Below are positions 1-13,215 of a DNA stretch of 64,000 nt, piece after piece. Numbering within the stretch: the stretch's first letter is position 1; each line of letters opens with the position of its first letter. Source of the stretch: Podarcis pityusensis. Its lineage: Eukaryota. Location of the stretch: NCBI GenBank assembly GCA_964106645.2, contig OZ067044.1. One strand, 5' to 3'. The notes beneath the pieces were generated by a model. That model did not search any database, was not told the DNA's origin, and saw only the letters and a list, made by a program, of their open reading frames with translations. A program made the translations under genes and the position numbers.

Positions 1-375
1 GAAGATTTTGGACACCACATGGCAGGACAAAGTCTCAAACAAAGATAAGCTCTCCCAAGCTCACATTCCCAGCGTGTTTGCACTCAGCAATGTCTATACT
101 GGCTTGGTCATGTCTACAGAATGGCAGATGGCAGGATCCCCAAGGGGAGTCGGCTTCAGGCACCAAGCCCATTGGCAGACCAACTCTGTATTACAAAAAT
201 GTCTGTAAATGAGACATCAACCCTGGCAACATCAACACGGCCAGGTGGGAATCCCTTGCACACGACCGCAGTGCTTGGAGACAGTCAGGTCATGTATCCA
301 TAGCAGTGACCAGAGGAGGAATGACTGCTGGGAGGAACGCAGAGAGAAGAAACGCCTAGACACACTCCTCCATTG
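1..375 (+). mobile_element. Degraded 3' fragment of an RTE-clade LINE (non-BovB), running off the window start
   Basis: Broken frames give WQDKVSNKD..QAHIPS, WLGHV.RMADGRIPK, GRPTL.YK.VC and WESLAHDRSAWRQ, the typical RTE ORF2 C-terminus. Confidence 0.8.
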
Positions 376-706
376 TCTCCTGAGACAGATGGATGCCAAC
401 AACCACCTTAAACAGTCATGGTCCCCCCCCCCCCCATAATTTTGGGAGCTGTAGTTTGTTTGGGTGCTGAGAAAATATTGGCTGACTGAATGCATGGGGA
501 GTGGGGTTGGGTTGGGAACAGGACCATGCCAACTCATTCTACCCTCACCGCCTGGGCCCCCTCAGTCCTTCAGGTGAACATACAGAGGTGGGGCCAGCCA
601 GTACAATCTCTCACCTGCCTCCCTGTGCTTAGTCAATATGGTTGGAAAGGTCTGAAAGTGTCTCCTAGATCTTCTTTTATTATACATTACTAGGGGAGAG
701 AGGAAC

Positions 707-894
707 GGGACGCGGGTGGCACTGTGGGTTAAACCACAGAGCCTAGGACTTGCCGATCAGAAGGTCGGCGGTTCGAATCCCCGCCACGGGGTGAGCTCCT
801 GTTGCTCGGTCCCTGCTCCTGCCAACCTAGCAGTTTGAAAGCACGTCAAAGTGCAAGTAGATAAATAGATAAATAGATAAATAGATAAATAGAT
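707..894 (+). mobile_element. Sauria SINE 5' half ending in (TAGATAAA)n
   Basis: Near-identical to the 5' parts of the copies at 39552-39896 and 62645-62980; B-box-like GGTTCGAATCC. Confidence 0.9.
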
Positions 895-3800
895 TTCAGT
901 ATTTGTTGAGTTAAACATTGCAGAGTGCTTGAATGGCCCCACCCATGTGTGTCTACTTCCAGCTGACCATAAACCTTTATTGTATGTAAGAGTAGCCTCC
1001 CAAAAGGTGCACTGAGTTGCTCACAGTATCAGTGAGTCAGTGTTTGATGGGAGTAGCTTAGGGTGCCTGGTACCAGCTAGAGCAGGGAGGCTGGCCAGCA
1101 ACAATACCCCTGCAATCAAGCTTCATGACAGCCTTAACAGCAGACTGTAAATAATAAAGGCATTCCCCCTGCCTCCCTGATTGGCAGGGAGCTGTGTGTC
1201 AGAGTAAACAGCAAGAATTGCAACAGTCCTTGTTTTGCAAATAAGTACAGGCACATCTTCCCACTTGTTCGCACACTCTGTTCCTGTTTCATGTATAGTA
1301 ATTCATTCTATCTTTTTCTGGGTACTAGCACACAGAGCTTGTACATACATGAAGGCCAATTTCTCAACAGGCTAGACATGTGATGAAGCAGCAACACCTC
1401 CAGACATGGGCTGTCATCCTACAAAGGAAATGTGTGACTATTTTACCACTCCACCTCGCCCCCACCAAAAAGCACATTCAGGATTTTTTGGGGTGAATTC
1501 AGCAAGTTTAATTGCATTGTTACATCATCTCTATTGTCTGTTAATATTTGCTTAAGCAAAGTACACAAATTAGTTTAAGATATCGTCATCATTTATTTGT
1601 AAGATGCATTTCCATAGTTAAGCCATGCTGGAGATGGCATACACACAACATCAAAAATTCTTACATAATTCACTTTAACAGTTGCAAAAAATATAACAAA
1701 ATTTATGCTGACATAAACAAAACAAAAACAACAAGTATACAATGAAATTTAAATAAAGTGTGCATTGCCAAATGGCATGAGCAAACAGTATAAAGGTGAT
1801 TTGCTTTGTGAACATGCACTTTGGATGCAATGATTCTAGCATCTTTCCCGTAAGATAATTACATTTATTGCTGTTTTCTGTGTATGCAATTAATCTTATG
1901 TAATCTGGCTTGTAGTCTGCAAGGCGGGGAAAGAGATGTTGAAGCTAGTTTCTGGAAAGGATCCAATGTTTTGTCAGAGGGATTTAATCGCAATTAGGAA
2001 AGTAGTGGGAAACACACGAAAAAGTGTGGGATAAGTTATTGTTCGACAGTGAGACAATCAAGTTTGATGAACTGAATGCTCACTGTTGTATAACCAACCC
2101 ACAAGCAAATCAGAATGACCATTCAGTAAAGAGTGGTCAATGTATAACCCCAGTGTGAGCATTTTGCAAGTGACTCAGGATGCAAGTGCAATAAACATGT
2201 TGATCTGGAGGAGCCTAGGAAGGCCCTTTCCAAAGCTATTCAAATAGCTTTGAAACTTCAGGCTCTTGCAATGTTAGCTGTGACACTCTGCTGATTGCCA
2301 GCTTCCATTCTTTCACCCTATACAGTACATGATCAGTGTCCCTCCACCTTTCCTTTTGTTGTTGTTGATCAAATCCTGACTTGTAATGCTGGGCAGACTA
2401 GCAATATTTATGTTAGAATTTTCATCTGGCCATGTGGTATCCAAGGATACTAAGAGTATAATGTTAAAAGTCATTGACAAGTGGTGAGTTACAACCGTAG
2501 AAACCGTTTTGGTGTTAAAAATTACTTGGAAGGCAGGGGCTGGGGAAAACAAAAGCTGACAGGGCTGGACATCCATCATTCACTCCCAGTGACATTTTAA
2601 AGGAGCCAAGGACTTGCAAAGTAGGCATGGAAGGCCATTATGCGAAGTCAGCTGTGGAGATTTAAGGCTCAGCAGCTGTATGTGTAGTGATGGAACAGAA
2701 GACGGTGGGTGATAGACAAGAAAGGGGGAATGCGGCAGCTGAGAATGAAAGACAATAAATAAACTTTACCCCCACTCCCCACCCCAAAAATGTACAAGAG
2801 AATTCAGACAATAGGCCTTCTGGAGACTGATGCTTTTCACAGTCCGATTGGATTTTGATGACCAGGTTCATCAATTTGAATTTATCTGAGGATGCAATGA
2901 GCAGTCTATCATTCATACTCCCTATCATTTCTCTGTCTGTTAAATGGGAATGTTGCTGACCTACTGAGAATGAATAAGGCTATATGATGTTGTCATGTGT
3001 TTTACTCTGGTTTTTAGCTTATCATTGATTTTTATTATTTTTGAATGTTTTAAATCGTTTTTAAATCAATTTTTATTGATATTTCATTGTTTTATTCCTT
3101 TTTGTAAATTGCTTTGAATTAAATTTTTTTTTTACAATCAAGCTTGTGCATAAATTTTATGAAATAAATGAATGTTATGTCAGCAGCTTGGAGAGGGGTA
3201 GGGAGAGGGAACAATAACTACATGCAGGCTGAAGCATGTTATAAATGCCCACAACTTCCATTAGACATGGAGTTTAGATCCGGTCACCAGGCAACTCGAC
3301 CACAGCCTACTCCCACTGTCCTGCCCCACTTATTAAGATAACATTTGGGAGTAGCAGGAATCTTGGGCCCACTACGTTGCAACCCGATAATGTGGGTCCA
3401 TCCTATGACAACAGTTAAATAATAGACCAAAAATGTTGCTACAAAGAAGTCAACTCCCTCTCCTTCTTCCCATTGTGGGGACCAATCATGAATATGGGTA
3501 TAGTTCTTCCTCAGTCTCATCAGCCAGCATCTAACCTCTGTCCATAACAAGGCACTAACATTAGGGTGGGGAAGTCCATGACGGCAGTGGTCAAAGCTGG
3601 AGATGGACCTCTGATTCATTCCCTAGGAATGGACTAGTGAGGAAGATTTCCTCCCAGGTCCACCCCAAAGTTCCATCTCCAGAAATGGCACAGCTGGTTC
3701 TGACCTATATTATGTTGGGTGGCTCCTAGCCACTAGCCAAACACAGAAGGAGAAGATTCAGGCTGGTCCCTCTGCCTCCTGCAGGACAGGCACAAAGTCC

Positions 3801-4380
3801 CCTACCCCACCCTTGTAAGTGGGACCCAAGGCTTGTTAATATGCAGCTTTTATTATTATTAATAATGCTTGGAGTCCACAAATGGATTTCTACTTTACCA
3901 TCTGCTGGGTATGAAAGAAAGTCCATGTTCTCATTTCTTTATCTTTTGGTCAAATGGGTGTGAATTTACTGGAAGAATACACTTAGTCTAAATGCCCACC
4001 AGAAATGCCAGGTGTTAAAGCAAAGTTGTGGCATGTAAAATAGCTTTTGAAGGAAGGCATTAATACCTGTAATTCATTACCAGTTGTATGCAGTCTGCAG
4101 TCCATTGCTTCTTAACTCAGCTTTAATGTTCTTTTTGGATGACTCTTCCCTTTGAGTAAGAGCTCAAAAGAAGATCTTTAGACAATGTCTAAATGTCTGC
4201 CTCCTAGGCTCGTATTATTAAACCGTATGCTATCAAGCATTGTTCTTTCTTTGCTTTCTCAGCTATCAACCATATTGTAAAATGCAATCCGTCAGCTGCT
4301 TACTTGTGTTTCCTAGCCATTTCACTAAAGTCTTTGTGAATTTTCTGGAATTGATTCAGACAAGTGGACTGCAGATTGCA

Positions 4381-6505
4381 GCTAGGAATGTAGGAATGTA
4401 GGAGAAATGTGATTTTGCTTGCTTTTTAATGACAAATTACACTTGTCAAAACAATATGCAGACTGAAAAGCAGATGCCCTTCAAAATTCACATTTCTCTG
4501 AATTTTGTGGTGCCATTCCTCAGCCTAATAATATATAGAAAAATGCATATAGTAGGGGCAACTGTGCATACAAGCAACAAATATTAGTGAGAATAGCATA
4601 CAAAATGCATTACAGCGGGGGAAATTCCTTGCCAAAATGTGTATATTAGTCAAAACTGCCTATAAAATATATTGGGAGAAATTTGTACAAAAACGCTGAC
4701 AAATTTTTCATGAGGGCGTGTTGACAAGTCTGGTGTCTACAAGAAAGTTGTGGGCAGTATTTAAGTTAAGTATTTAGGGGTTACATTAACTCCCAGGAGT
4801 ATCGACTTGTTTCAAAATAATTATGTACCAATATGGAATAAAATTAAACGTGACCTAGAGGTGTTGGGAAGAATGAAACTATCATTATGGGGAAGAATTG
4901 CAACGATAAAGATGTGCGTGCTACCGAAAATGTTGTTTCTGTTTCAAACAATACCAATAATTAAAGGTGTGACAATATTCAAAGAATGGCAAAGAATAAC
5001 GTCAAGATATATCTGGCAGGGCAAGAAGCCAAGAATAAAATTTAAGATATTAACAGATGCAAAAGATAGAGGAGGCTTTGCCCTGCCAGATTTAAAGCTT
5101 TGTGTCTTTGCTGGGTGAAAGAATGGATAAAGTTAGAAAATACAGAATCGTTGGATCTAGAAGGTTACGATAATAGATTTGGTTGGCACGCGTATTTATG
5201 GTGTGAAAAGAATAGAGTGCATAAAGGTTTTGAAAACCACATCTTTAGAGGACCGTTGATTGAAGTTTGGAATAGGTATAAAAACTTATTAGAGTTTAAA
5301 ACTCCATATTGGCTATCACCATTGGAGATAATGAGTGTGAAAAAGATTAATATGACAGGGAGATGGATTACATATGAGAATTTGATAATCAAAGAAGGTG
5401 ATAAATGGAAACTGAAACCATATGAAGAAGTTAAAGAAAATGTGAATGACTGGTTGCACTATTTTCAGTTAAATGCAATGTTTAAAAAAGAGATGTCAGA
5501 AAGAGGTTTTCAGGAAAAGAAATCTAGATTTCATCAAGAAATCTTGAATAGTGATGTTAAAATTCTATCAAAAATGTATAAATTATTACTTGAGTGGCAT
5601 ACAAAGGATGAAGAAGTAAAATCAGTAATGATTCAGTGGGCCAAAGATTTTGGTTATAATATACAATTTGATGAGTGGATAAAATTGTGGAAAGAAGGAA
5701 TGAAATTCACTGCATGCACTACAATAAAAGAAAATGTTATGAAAATGATGTATAGATGGTATGTAACACCAGTGAAACTTGGTAAGATGTATAAAGTCAG
5801 TAATAAATGTTGGAAATGTCAGGAAAAAGAAGGAACATTTTATCGCATGTGGTGGGAGTGTAAGAAAGTGAAAGGTTTCTGGGAAATGATTTATAATGAG
5901 ATGAAGAAAATGTTGAAATATACTTTTGTTAAGAAACCAGAAGCCTTTTTATTGGGAATATTAGGGAATGAAATTAAAAAGAATGATGTGAAATTATTTA
6001 GGTATGCAGTGACAGCAGCTAGAATTTTGATGGCCCAGAAATGGAAACAGGAAGAAGTGCCGACGAGGGAAGAATGGAGATTGAAACTGATGGAATATGC
6101 AGAAATGGACAAATTAACGGGGAAAATTCGGAACCAACGCGATCAGAGATTCACCGAGGACTGGAATAAATTTGCAGAGTATATCAAAAATGTATGTGAG
6201 GACCAATTAACACTTGTTGGCTTTTAAGAAGCTCTGTGAAAATGATTGATAGAAATGTTGCTTAAAAGAGATGATATGACTAAGATTGTTAAAGCGCAAT
6301 ATAAACTTAAGAAATGCGAGTAATTGTGATAATATGGAAATTGTCATATAGGCTGGGGGAAGTCTAAAAGATGTAGATGTTAGAAATGGATGTAAAACAT
6401 GGATGGAACGTATATTGGAAACTGAATAAAAATTAATTATATAAAAAAAAGTTGTGGGCAGGGAATGGAGATGGCGGGAAGTAAGACTAAATTATCTTTC
6501 CCTAA
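4381..6505. mobile_element. Old AT-rich non-autonomous DNA element (probably hAT, TAGGGATG-type ends) split by the L1 insertion
   Basis: 4381-4757 resembles 44531-44969 and the reverse of 51352-52152 (cttcaaaattcacatttctctgaattttg..aaaaatgcatat). Confidence 0.55.
4758..6447 (+). mobile_element. 5'-truncated L1-clade LINE (RT C-terminus, CCHC zinc-knuckle region, 3'UTR, polyA)
   Basis: ORFs 4807-5118 and 5100-6227 (KYLGV, LSLWGRIATIKM.VLPK, GGFALPDL, CWKC..WWEC); AATAAA at 6425; A-tail; 14-bp TSD AAAGTTGTGGGCAG at 4744-4757 and 6448-6461. Confidence 0.95.
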
Positions 6506-9148
6506 AAACTTAATTGTATTGTGCAGCAGTATCGGCAACCTTGAGCTTCAGACCTGGAAATACTGTTTTTAAGAGCTGACAGCTTTAGACAGAAAATCCA
6601 AGAAATCCCCTCAGCTTCATATTTAGCTCATCTGTGGTACTCCTGGACTTGCAGTGAGAAAGGAATGAGATCATCGTAACGTTGACGGACACTCCAATGC
6701 GACGTGATAAAAACCCTGCGCCAGTTTCTTTTTCGGCACAAGTTCCAAAGAGCCCTATAACCCCTGAGTTTCAATTGTAATGAAATGTTACACAGGCCTG
6801 TATGACAAATGATTTTGGGGATTAGCAGCAGGCTGTGGGAGAATAACCTCGTGACATATTTTGTTTTCAGTTCAACGTTTATCTCTATCAGGTTTTTTGT
6901 TTTCCTTTTTCTTTTTCTTGGTCTCTGAATTAATTTCAATAAAAACTGCAAGACTGCAAAAGGACTTGTGGAGCTCTTCAATAAAAAAGTCACTTTTATG
7001 TTCTATGATAACACTGAACAGACTCCAGACGCCCCATTCTCTTATCTTAGATATACAGTGCAACATAACTTGGGGGAAAATAGAGGAGCTAATGCAGCTA
7101 TAAGGCGAGGTAACAGTAGCAACAGTAGCATGTTAACGTAGTAATCATTCTTACATGTGGAATATCTGAAGATGTCTTTTATTGATTTCAGTTTATTTAA
7201 CTGTGTTAAACCCTGGAGATATGAATCTCATTTACAAGATGGTTCTGGCAAGGAGGCAGATTATTACAAGCGCCCTGAGAAGATAAGGGATGAAACCAAA
7301 AGTAAAAGATCTACTTATTTGTACAGTATCAGAATCTTTTCACCTTGCTCTTACACACAGAGATAAATGAAGAGCAATACAGATGTTAAAGAATGATATT
7401 GGCTAACTAGTAGTTTCTTCAGTGGAGGGGGCGGGATAAATTATTTAGACCATTTTAAAGTCATCAGTTCTTTTCAAGGATTGCAAATATATTTACAAAA
7501 CAAAGGAAATGTTCTTCTTTTTCATCATCCGTTATTATACTTTTACGTCTCTACACACTGGTGTTTATTTTGATTACAGTGGTAATGCATGAAAAGCATG
7601 CACAAGAAGCATGTGTAATATAACTGCACGTTGCTTTATGATGACATGTACGTATTGCACACATGTGGATTTATTTAGCAAAGCATTTACAATTAGCCAG
7701 TACTTATATACCACAGGACACCAAACTGGGGTGCTAGCAATGCATTACCTAATCTTAATTCCAGGAGAAGCACTAGCTTCTGGCTAGATTGTTTATGTCC
7801 CACGGATAGATGCATTTGTGATCTGATGTTCTGCTTGAAAATCATTTAGATTCTAGCATTTTAAGAGGGAGGCAGTAAAGGAAGTTGGAGTGTGAACTGA
7901 CTCCTATTCTTGTTAAAAAATTCAGAGGTTAGATGTGTTTTTGTTCATACATTGTTTCGAAAACTGCAAATTAAGTTGGTTTGCATTAAAATGCAAACAA
8001 AAATGAATTTCTTCTTCATCCCTAGTAATATTAGTAATTCTACATGTTCCCCTCAAAAACATTACCTTAAATTGACTTTTACATTTTGTTAAATTTCCTA
8101 GCAGTCTTCAGGCTTTCTGTCTGACTCTGATCTTAGTATAGCACAAAGCATTGTAGAAAACATTGACAAAACAGGTTCTGGGCATGGACAGAGACTAGGG
8201 TTGCAGCTGACAGGGTTCCTGTCATAAATGAACATATTCTGGTGAAAAATAAACAGAATTGCCTTACCATGGCATGAGTCCATACTCTCAGGAAGAAAGG
8301 CCACTGTATAGAGAGAGCATGCTTTCATTTAATGTACATATTATTTGATTCAGCCAGAAACTGGACAAGGTATTGTTGATCTGGAAAACACCTGAATTAT
8401 ATTCCGCTGTACATATTTTATAGAGTCTGCTATTATGGGACAACAACATTCTGTTGCATGGTCTGCTCAGGTGCCTGGTGTATTAATTAGTGAAGGCAGG
8501 CATATAACTAGAATAAAAGTAATTTTCAATCTGTAGATACACAATTAAAGCAATGTTATTCTCCTGCCACTTCAATAATAAAAGAGCCATATTTTAACTT
8601 CAGCTCACCTGCTGGTGCTTTCAGAAGGTGCATCCTGGATAAGTATTGCAATACAGATGAAGATTTGCACCCAGATTCATATCTATATAGGCTGTGTGCA
8701 TGGAAACCTTCTTCCACGGGGTGATCTCCCTCCCTGAATTGTGGCAGTTTCATTGGTACAGTTACAATGGGGCAGTGTTTCAATGCAAAGAAAATGGTTC
8801 CTATAAATGAATAAAATCAAGTTGTTTAGCAACACAATTAACCAGAATTACATGGGAAAACTGAACGGCAGCTGCATATTAGAACCCTGAATGAGCACCA
8901 GCCTTATGAAAATATGTTTATTTCCGTTCTGTCGATTAACAAAAAGTAGTGTCTTCGGGCAGCTTTATCTGAGTTAACTTGTTTCTTACTTTTCCCAGTA
9001 GAGGGTGCTATGAACTTCACTAAATGTTGCTTTATTTTTTTCCTCTGCTTTAAGCAGAAACTCTTTAAAACAGGATTGAAAGATTGCTGTTACTCTCAAA
9101 CACCCAGAGACAATTTGTATTCTCTTAGGAATACCATGTGCAAAGTGA

Positions 9149-9293
9149 GAGCATTGTTCCATCTAGCTCAACATGGCCAATGCTAAGTGGGCACTAGCTC
9201 TTCAAGATTTCAGGCTGAGCCTTACCTGGAGATGGTGGAAGCTGAACCTGGGATCTTTGCATGCAAAGTATGCATTCAACCACTGAAGTACAA
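9149..9293 (-). mobile_element. Degraded tRNA-derived SINE (Squam3-like)
   Basis: Similar to 42287-42456 and 63328-63531. Confidence 0.6.
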
Positions 9294-9598
9294 GAAACGT
9301 TATTGTCCTCAGTTACAACAGATCTCCTGAACAGTGTACCTTTTGTTTCTGTGATCGGCTAAGACCCGACAGGTGAAGCATTTCCCTTTCAAACCAACAA
9401 ATGAATGACTTTTTCCAATTCCCATCACTGCCTCTGCATTTTGGGAGAAGCTGTGCTGTTTGAATTTATTTCTATCAAACAACTCTTAAAAGCAAGGATC
9501 TCTGCTGGAAAGAAAAAAGGAAACTAGCCTAACAAGCTACTTGCAAAGACAAATTAAATACTTCTCATGGGGGAGGAGAAAACAGGAGAAGTTTATTC

Positions 9599-9600
9599 AG

Positions 9601-9631
<31 letters not shown>
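9599..9631. repeat. (TCAA)n microsatellite
   Basis: Direct observation. Confidence 0.95.
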
Positions 9632-10083
9632 GGCAGCAAGTAACAACAAGGTGGTGTGTAAAATAAAATAAAATATAATAACAACCACAATTATGATAGT
9701 ACAGGGATAGGAGTCGGTGGACCATGGCCATATGCAACCTGGGTGTCCTCATCAGCTTCCCATCACTCCAGCAATTAGGCTTGAAAACAGCATCCCATTA
9801 GGAGGGCATTTCCAGGGAGGGCTCAACCATCACCTCCATGTGGTATGAACATTTGCCAAAAATAGTCTTTGGTGCAACCCTGACCAGGTGCCCCAATTAG
9901 GCTTGAAAACAGCCTTGAAAATGGCCCTCCTGTTTTAAAGCCTAATTGCTGTGCATGGGACATTTTCAAGGGGAAGCTAGAGAGTGAAGGGTGTTGAATT
10001 AGGATCATTTCAAAGCAGCAAAAGAAAAGAAAAATTGAATCAAGAAATTAAAACATTGCAGCATCAAACAACTAGAACAGAGA

Positions 10084-10085
<2 letters not shown>

Positions 10086-10127
<42 letters not shown>
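10086..10127. repeat. (TA)n microsatellite
   Basis: Direct observation. Confidence 0.95.
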
Positions 10128-10130
<3 letters not shown>

Positions 10131-11749
10131 CAGAGCTAACCTACTGAACTAATAGCATAATGAAAATTCAAAAATATGGAGTCAAGAGAATTCTGTATTT
10201 GTCACAAGATAAGGAGTGAGTGGAATGAGTAACTCTGCTCCCCATCCTATATATACTTCTGTATTCTTCAGTCCCGCCCCAACCAAATTATCAGTCCACT
10301 TGTTAGCCAGATCTTACCAGTTACTCCTTACGGCAGCCAGTTCTGGGGCAGCTCCTGATTACATCAAATCTTACAGAAGACAGGATAGACCTTCTGAATT
10401 TCTGTGGCATGTTGCCCTGGGCTGGAGGCATAAGGAGAGAACTGGCAGTCTGCCCCAGGTGTAGAAATGACGAGTTGCAAAGCTGTGATTTTACATCTTC
10501 ATCTGTTCAATGTCTTTCTCTCAGACACAGATTTGAACTGTCCAGTAAAGCACGGCTAACATAAACCAATTTCCATATGTTTTTGTAGGCACTGAAAACG
10601 AATTTGCTCTTTTATGAGTTTGCTTTGTGCTCCACTCACATTTCCAGTGTTTGAACAATGTCATTTGCTGCCATAGAGTTTTGTTTGGAAAGTGTTTTGA
10701 CGCTTGGGGCGGAAGTCAGCTTTCGACCAGAACCTCATATTTTGTTGCATACAAAAGTGCATAGCTCAGAGCTGCTTCCCTCCTCCTGTTCTCAAGACAT
10801 TAATTGTTCCTTTGTTTGTGGCTTGTGCTAAATAATTCAATCCCAGCCTTGGAGGTTAGGGGCATGGTGGTGGGGAAGATGGCAGATTTATCCCGACAAG
10901 TCTAGAATTTCTATTGATCACAAAGATCCCCTGAGCTCAAACCCCTTCCAAAAGTCTCAGAACTGGTGCAGAGTGGTTACACTAAAAACTGTTAGGGTTG
11001 TCTCTTGAGGTTATTGCTTTTGCGCTAACCCCAGAAGAGGTGGAGGCAAGTCTCAGGGGGAATGAGTGAATAGATAGCCTGATGAGTTCTCTCCCACCCC
11101 CATACATCTGTAACTCTTTGATCAAATGCTTGGCAATGGCCATATTAATTTTTTACTTCTGTTGTCTTTGCAGAGCTGGTCAAGAATTGATGTGCTGGAT
11201 AAGAAGCAAAGGACCAGACTGCTCATGATACAACTTTAAATGGCATGTAGCATTTCAGACTTCAGGTGGAGGTTAAACCATCAAGGGTTGGTTTCATGCT
11301 GAGCATATGATGTGTATATTGTTATTGCACTACAAGAAACGCACAATGGACAGGTTGCGCTATTCATCAGAAAAGGAAATTCTACACCTGTCTATTGTGT
11401 AGTCATTTGTTTAGCGAAGGGGAAGACAATGCGGTGTTTTCTAGATTGTGTTCTACTACAACTCCCATCAGGCTCAGCTAGCACAGCCAATTATCAGAGA
11501 TGGTGGGAACTGTAGTCCAGCAACATCTGGCTACCTCTGGTTCAGACCCACTACCATTGGCTACCCCTGGTCCAGACATGTCATGTTTACCTGTAATGCA
11601 GGGGGGTTGGACTAGATGGTCCTCACGGTCCCTTCCGACTCTACAATTCTATGATTCTTTGTACAGGGCTAGTGCAATGTCAGGTTATTGCTTAAAAGAG
11701 ACTTAAGGTAAATAAAAGTAAAAGATAATTCCATCATGTTGATGTAGAG

Positions 11750-11890
11750 CCAGGGTAGCTAACCTGTGGGCCTCTCAGTGTTGCTGGGCTGCACCTCCCA
11801 TCAACTACAGCCAGCATGGTCAATAGTCAGGGCAGATGGGATTTGGAGTCCAGCCAAATCTGGAAGGCCATAGGTTTTCTACCCTTGCTG
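11750..11890. mobile_element. Short fold-back hAT-type MITE
   Basis: cagggtagctaacctgtgggcc..ggccataggttttctacccttg ends; interior like 22699-22830. Confidence 0.65.
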
Positions 11891-11989
11891 TCATTATAAA
11901 CAAAACCTGCCCTTTTCCCCTTATGGGGTATCCAAGAGCCCATATAGAGTCCTTACCTAGGTTCCCTATGGGTAGGAGAAAATAACAGA

Positions 11990-12375
11990 TGCCAACCAGA
12001 GAATATTGAGAAGCAAAGCAGCTAGTAAGCCTGATCTTTATGGATCTGTTGCAACAGGGTCCTCACCACACACAGGAGGGAGGAGGAACCCAGAACCAAG
12101 GTGTGCCCATCGTTATATAGACATTTTAAATTGCCTGCCTGAAGCTCAAGACCACCCCTCCATACATCACAGAAGGGGTGTAACCTAAGACCCCCCCGAT
12201 ACATCATACCTACATTACAGAAAAGGCGGTCTACAGCAGAAAGCTGAGTGCATTGTTTATATTGTCTGACAGGTTTACCTGTTAATGCTCACTTGATTGG
12301 ATACCCTGGGAAGCCTGGCCAGTCTTTTGTAATGATAAATACTTAGTTCCTGAGCCAGGGCCATAGGCTAACACC
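11990..12375 (-). mobile_element. Possible solo LTR
   Basis: TG..CA-like ends with TATA-like and polyA-like motifs on the minus strand; no TSD confirmed. Confidence 0.3.
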
Positions 12376-12683
12376 CTATACATATCTTAAATGTGCCCTT
12401 AAGACAGGATTTGTGAAGGAAAAGACAATGCGGAGGCTTTTCCATTTTCCTTTAACCTTGCAGAGAAAACATTTGGTCAGTTTGGGAATCAAAAATGGTT
12501 TCACGTTGGTCTTCCTGTGCTGATCTATGTACATGCTTGGTTGGTACACTTATGAACATTTAACATATATCTAAGACCTCAAAATTCCTATCACACTGTA
12601 GATAACAAGCTCTGGGCTCCATGTTTAGCCAAATGGCAGCTTCCTCCCTCATTTTCAGATGAAATGTGATACACAACAACATA

Positions 12684-13215
12684 CCATATTTTTCGCCCTA
12701 TAGGACGCACCGGCCCATAGGACGCACCTAGTTTTTTTTTGGGGGGGGGAATAAAGGGAAAAAAAATTATCCCCCCCCCAGCCGCGGATATCTGCCCGAA
12801 GCGTGGGGCACTCTGCTTCAGTGCGCCCCACGCTCCGGGCAGCAGGCTGCTATCCGCAGCCTAGGGAGCCCTGCGGGAACTCCCGCGGGCTACCCAGGCT
12901 TGCGGATAGCTTCCTGAAGGGCTCCCTAGGCTGCGGATGTCTGCCCGAAGCGCGGGGCGCTCTGCTTCAGCGCACCCCGCGCTCCGGGCAGCAGGCTGCT
13001 ATCCGCAGCCTAGGGAGCCCTGCGGGAACTCCCGCGGGCTCCCCAGGCTTGCTGATAGCTTCCTGAAGCCTGGAGAGCGAGAGGGGTCGGTGCGCACCGA
13101 CCCCTCTCGCTCTCCACGCTTCAGCGAAAGCCTGCATTCGCCCCATAGGACGCACACAGATTTCCCCTTCATTTTTGGAGGGGAAAAAGTGCGTCCTATA
13201 GGGCGAAAAATATGG
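12684..13215. mobile_element. Young Tc1/mariner (Tigger/pogo-like) MITE with GC-rich duplicated interior
   Basis: Perfect 27-bp TIR CCATATTTTTCGCCCTATAGGACGCAC; TA TSD on both sides. Confidence 0.92.

Noticed and set aside
707-790. tRNA gene (A/B boxes)
   Set aside because: SINE head; no complete cloverleaf
11685-11700. miR-137-like TTATTGCTTAA
   Set aside because: Match stops after 11 nt; no precursor hairpin
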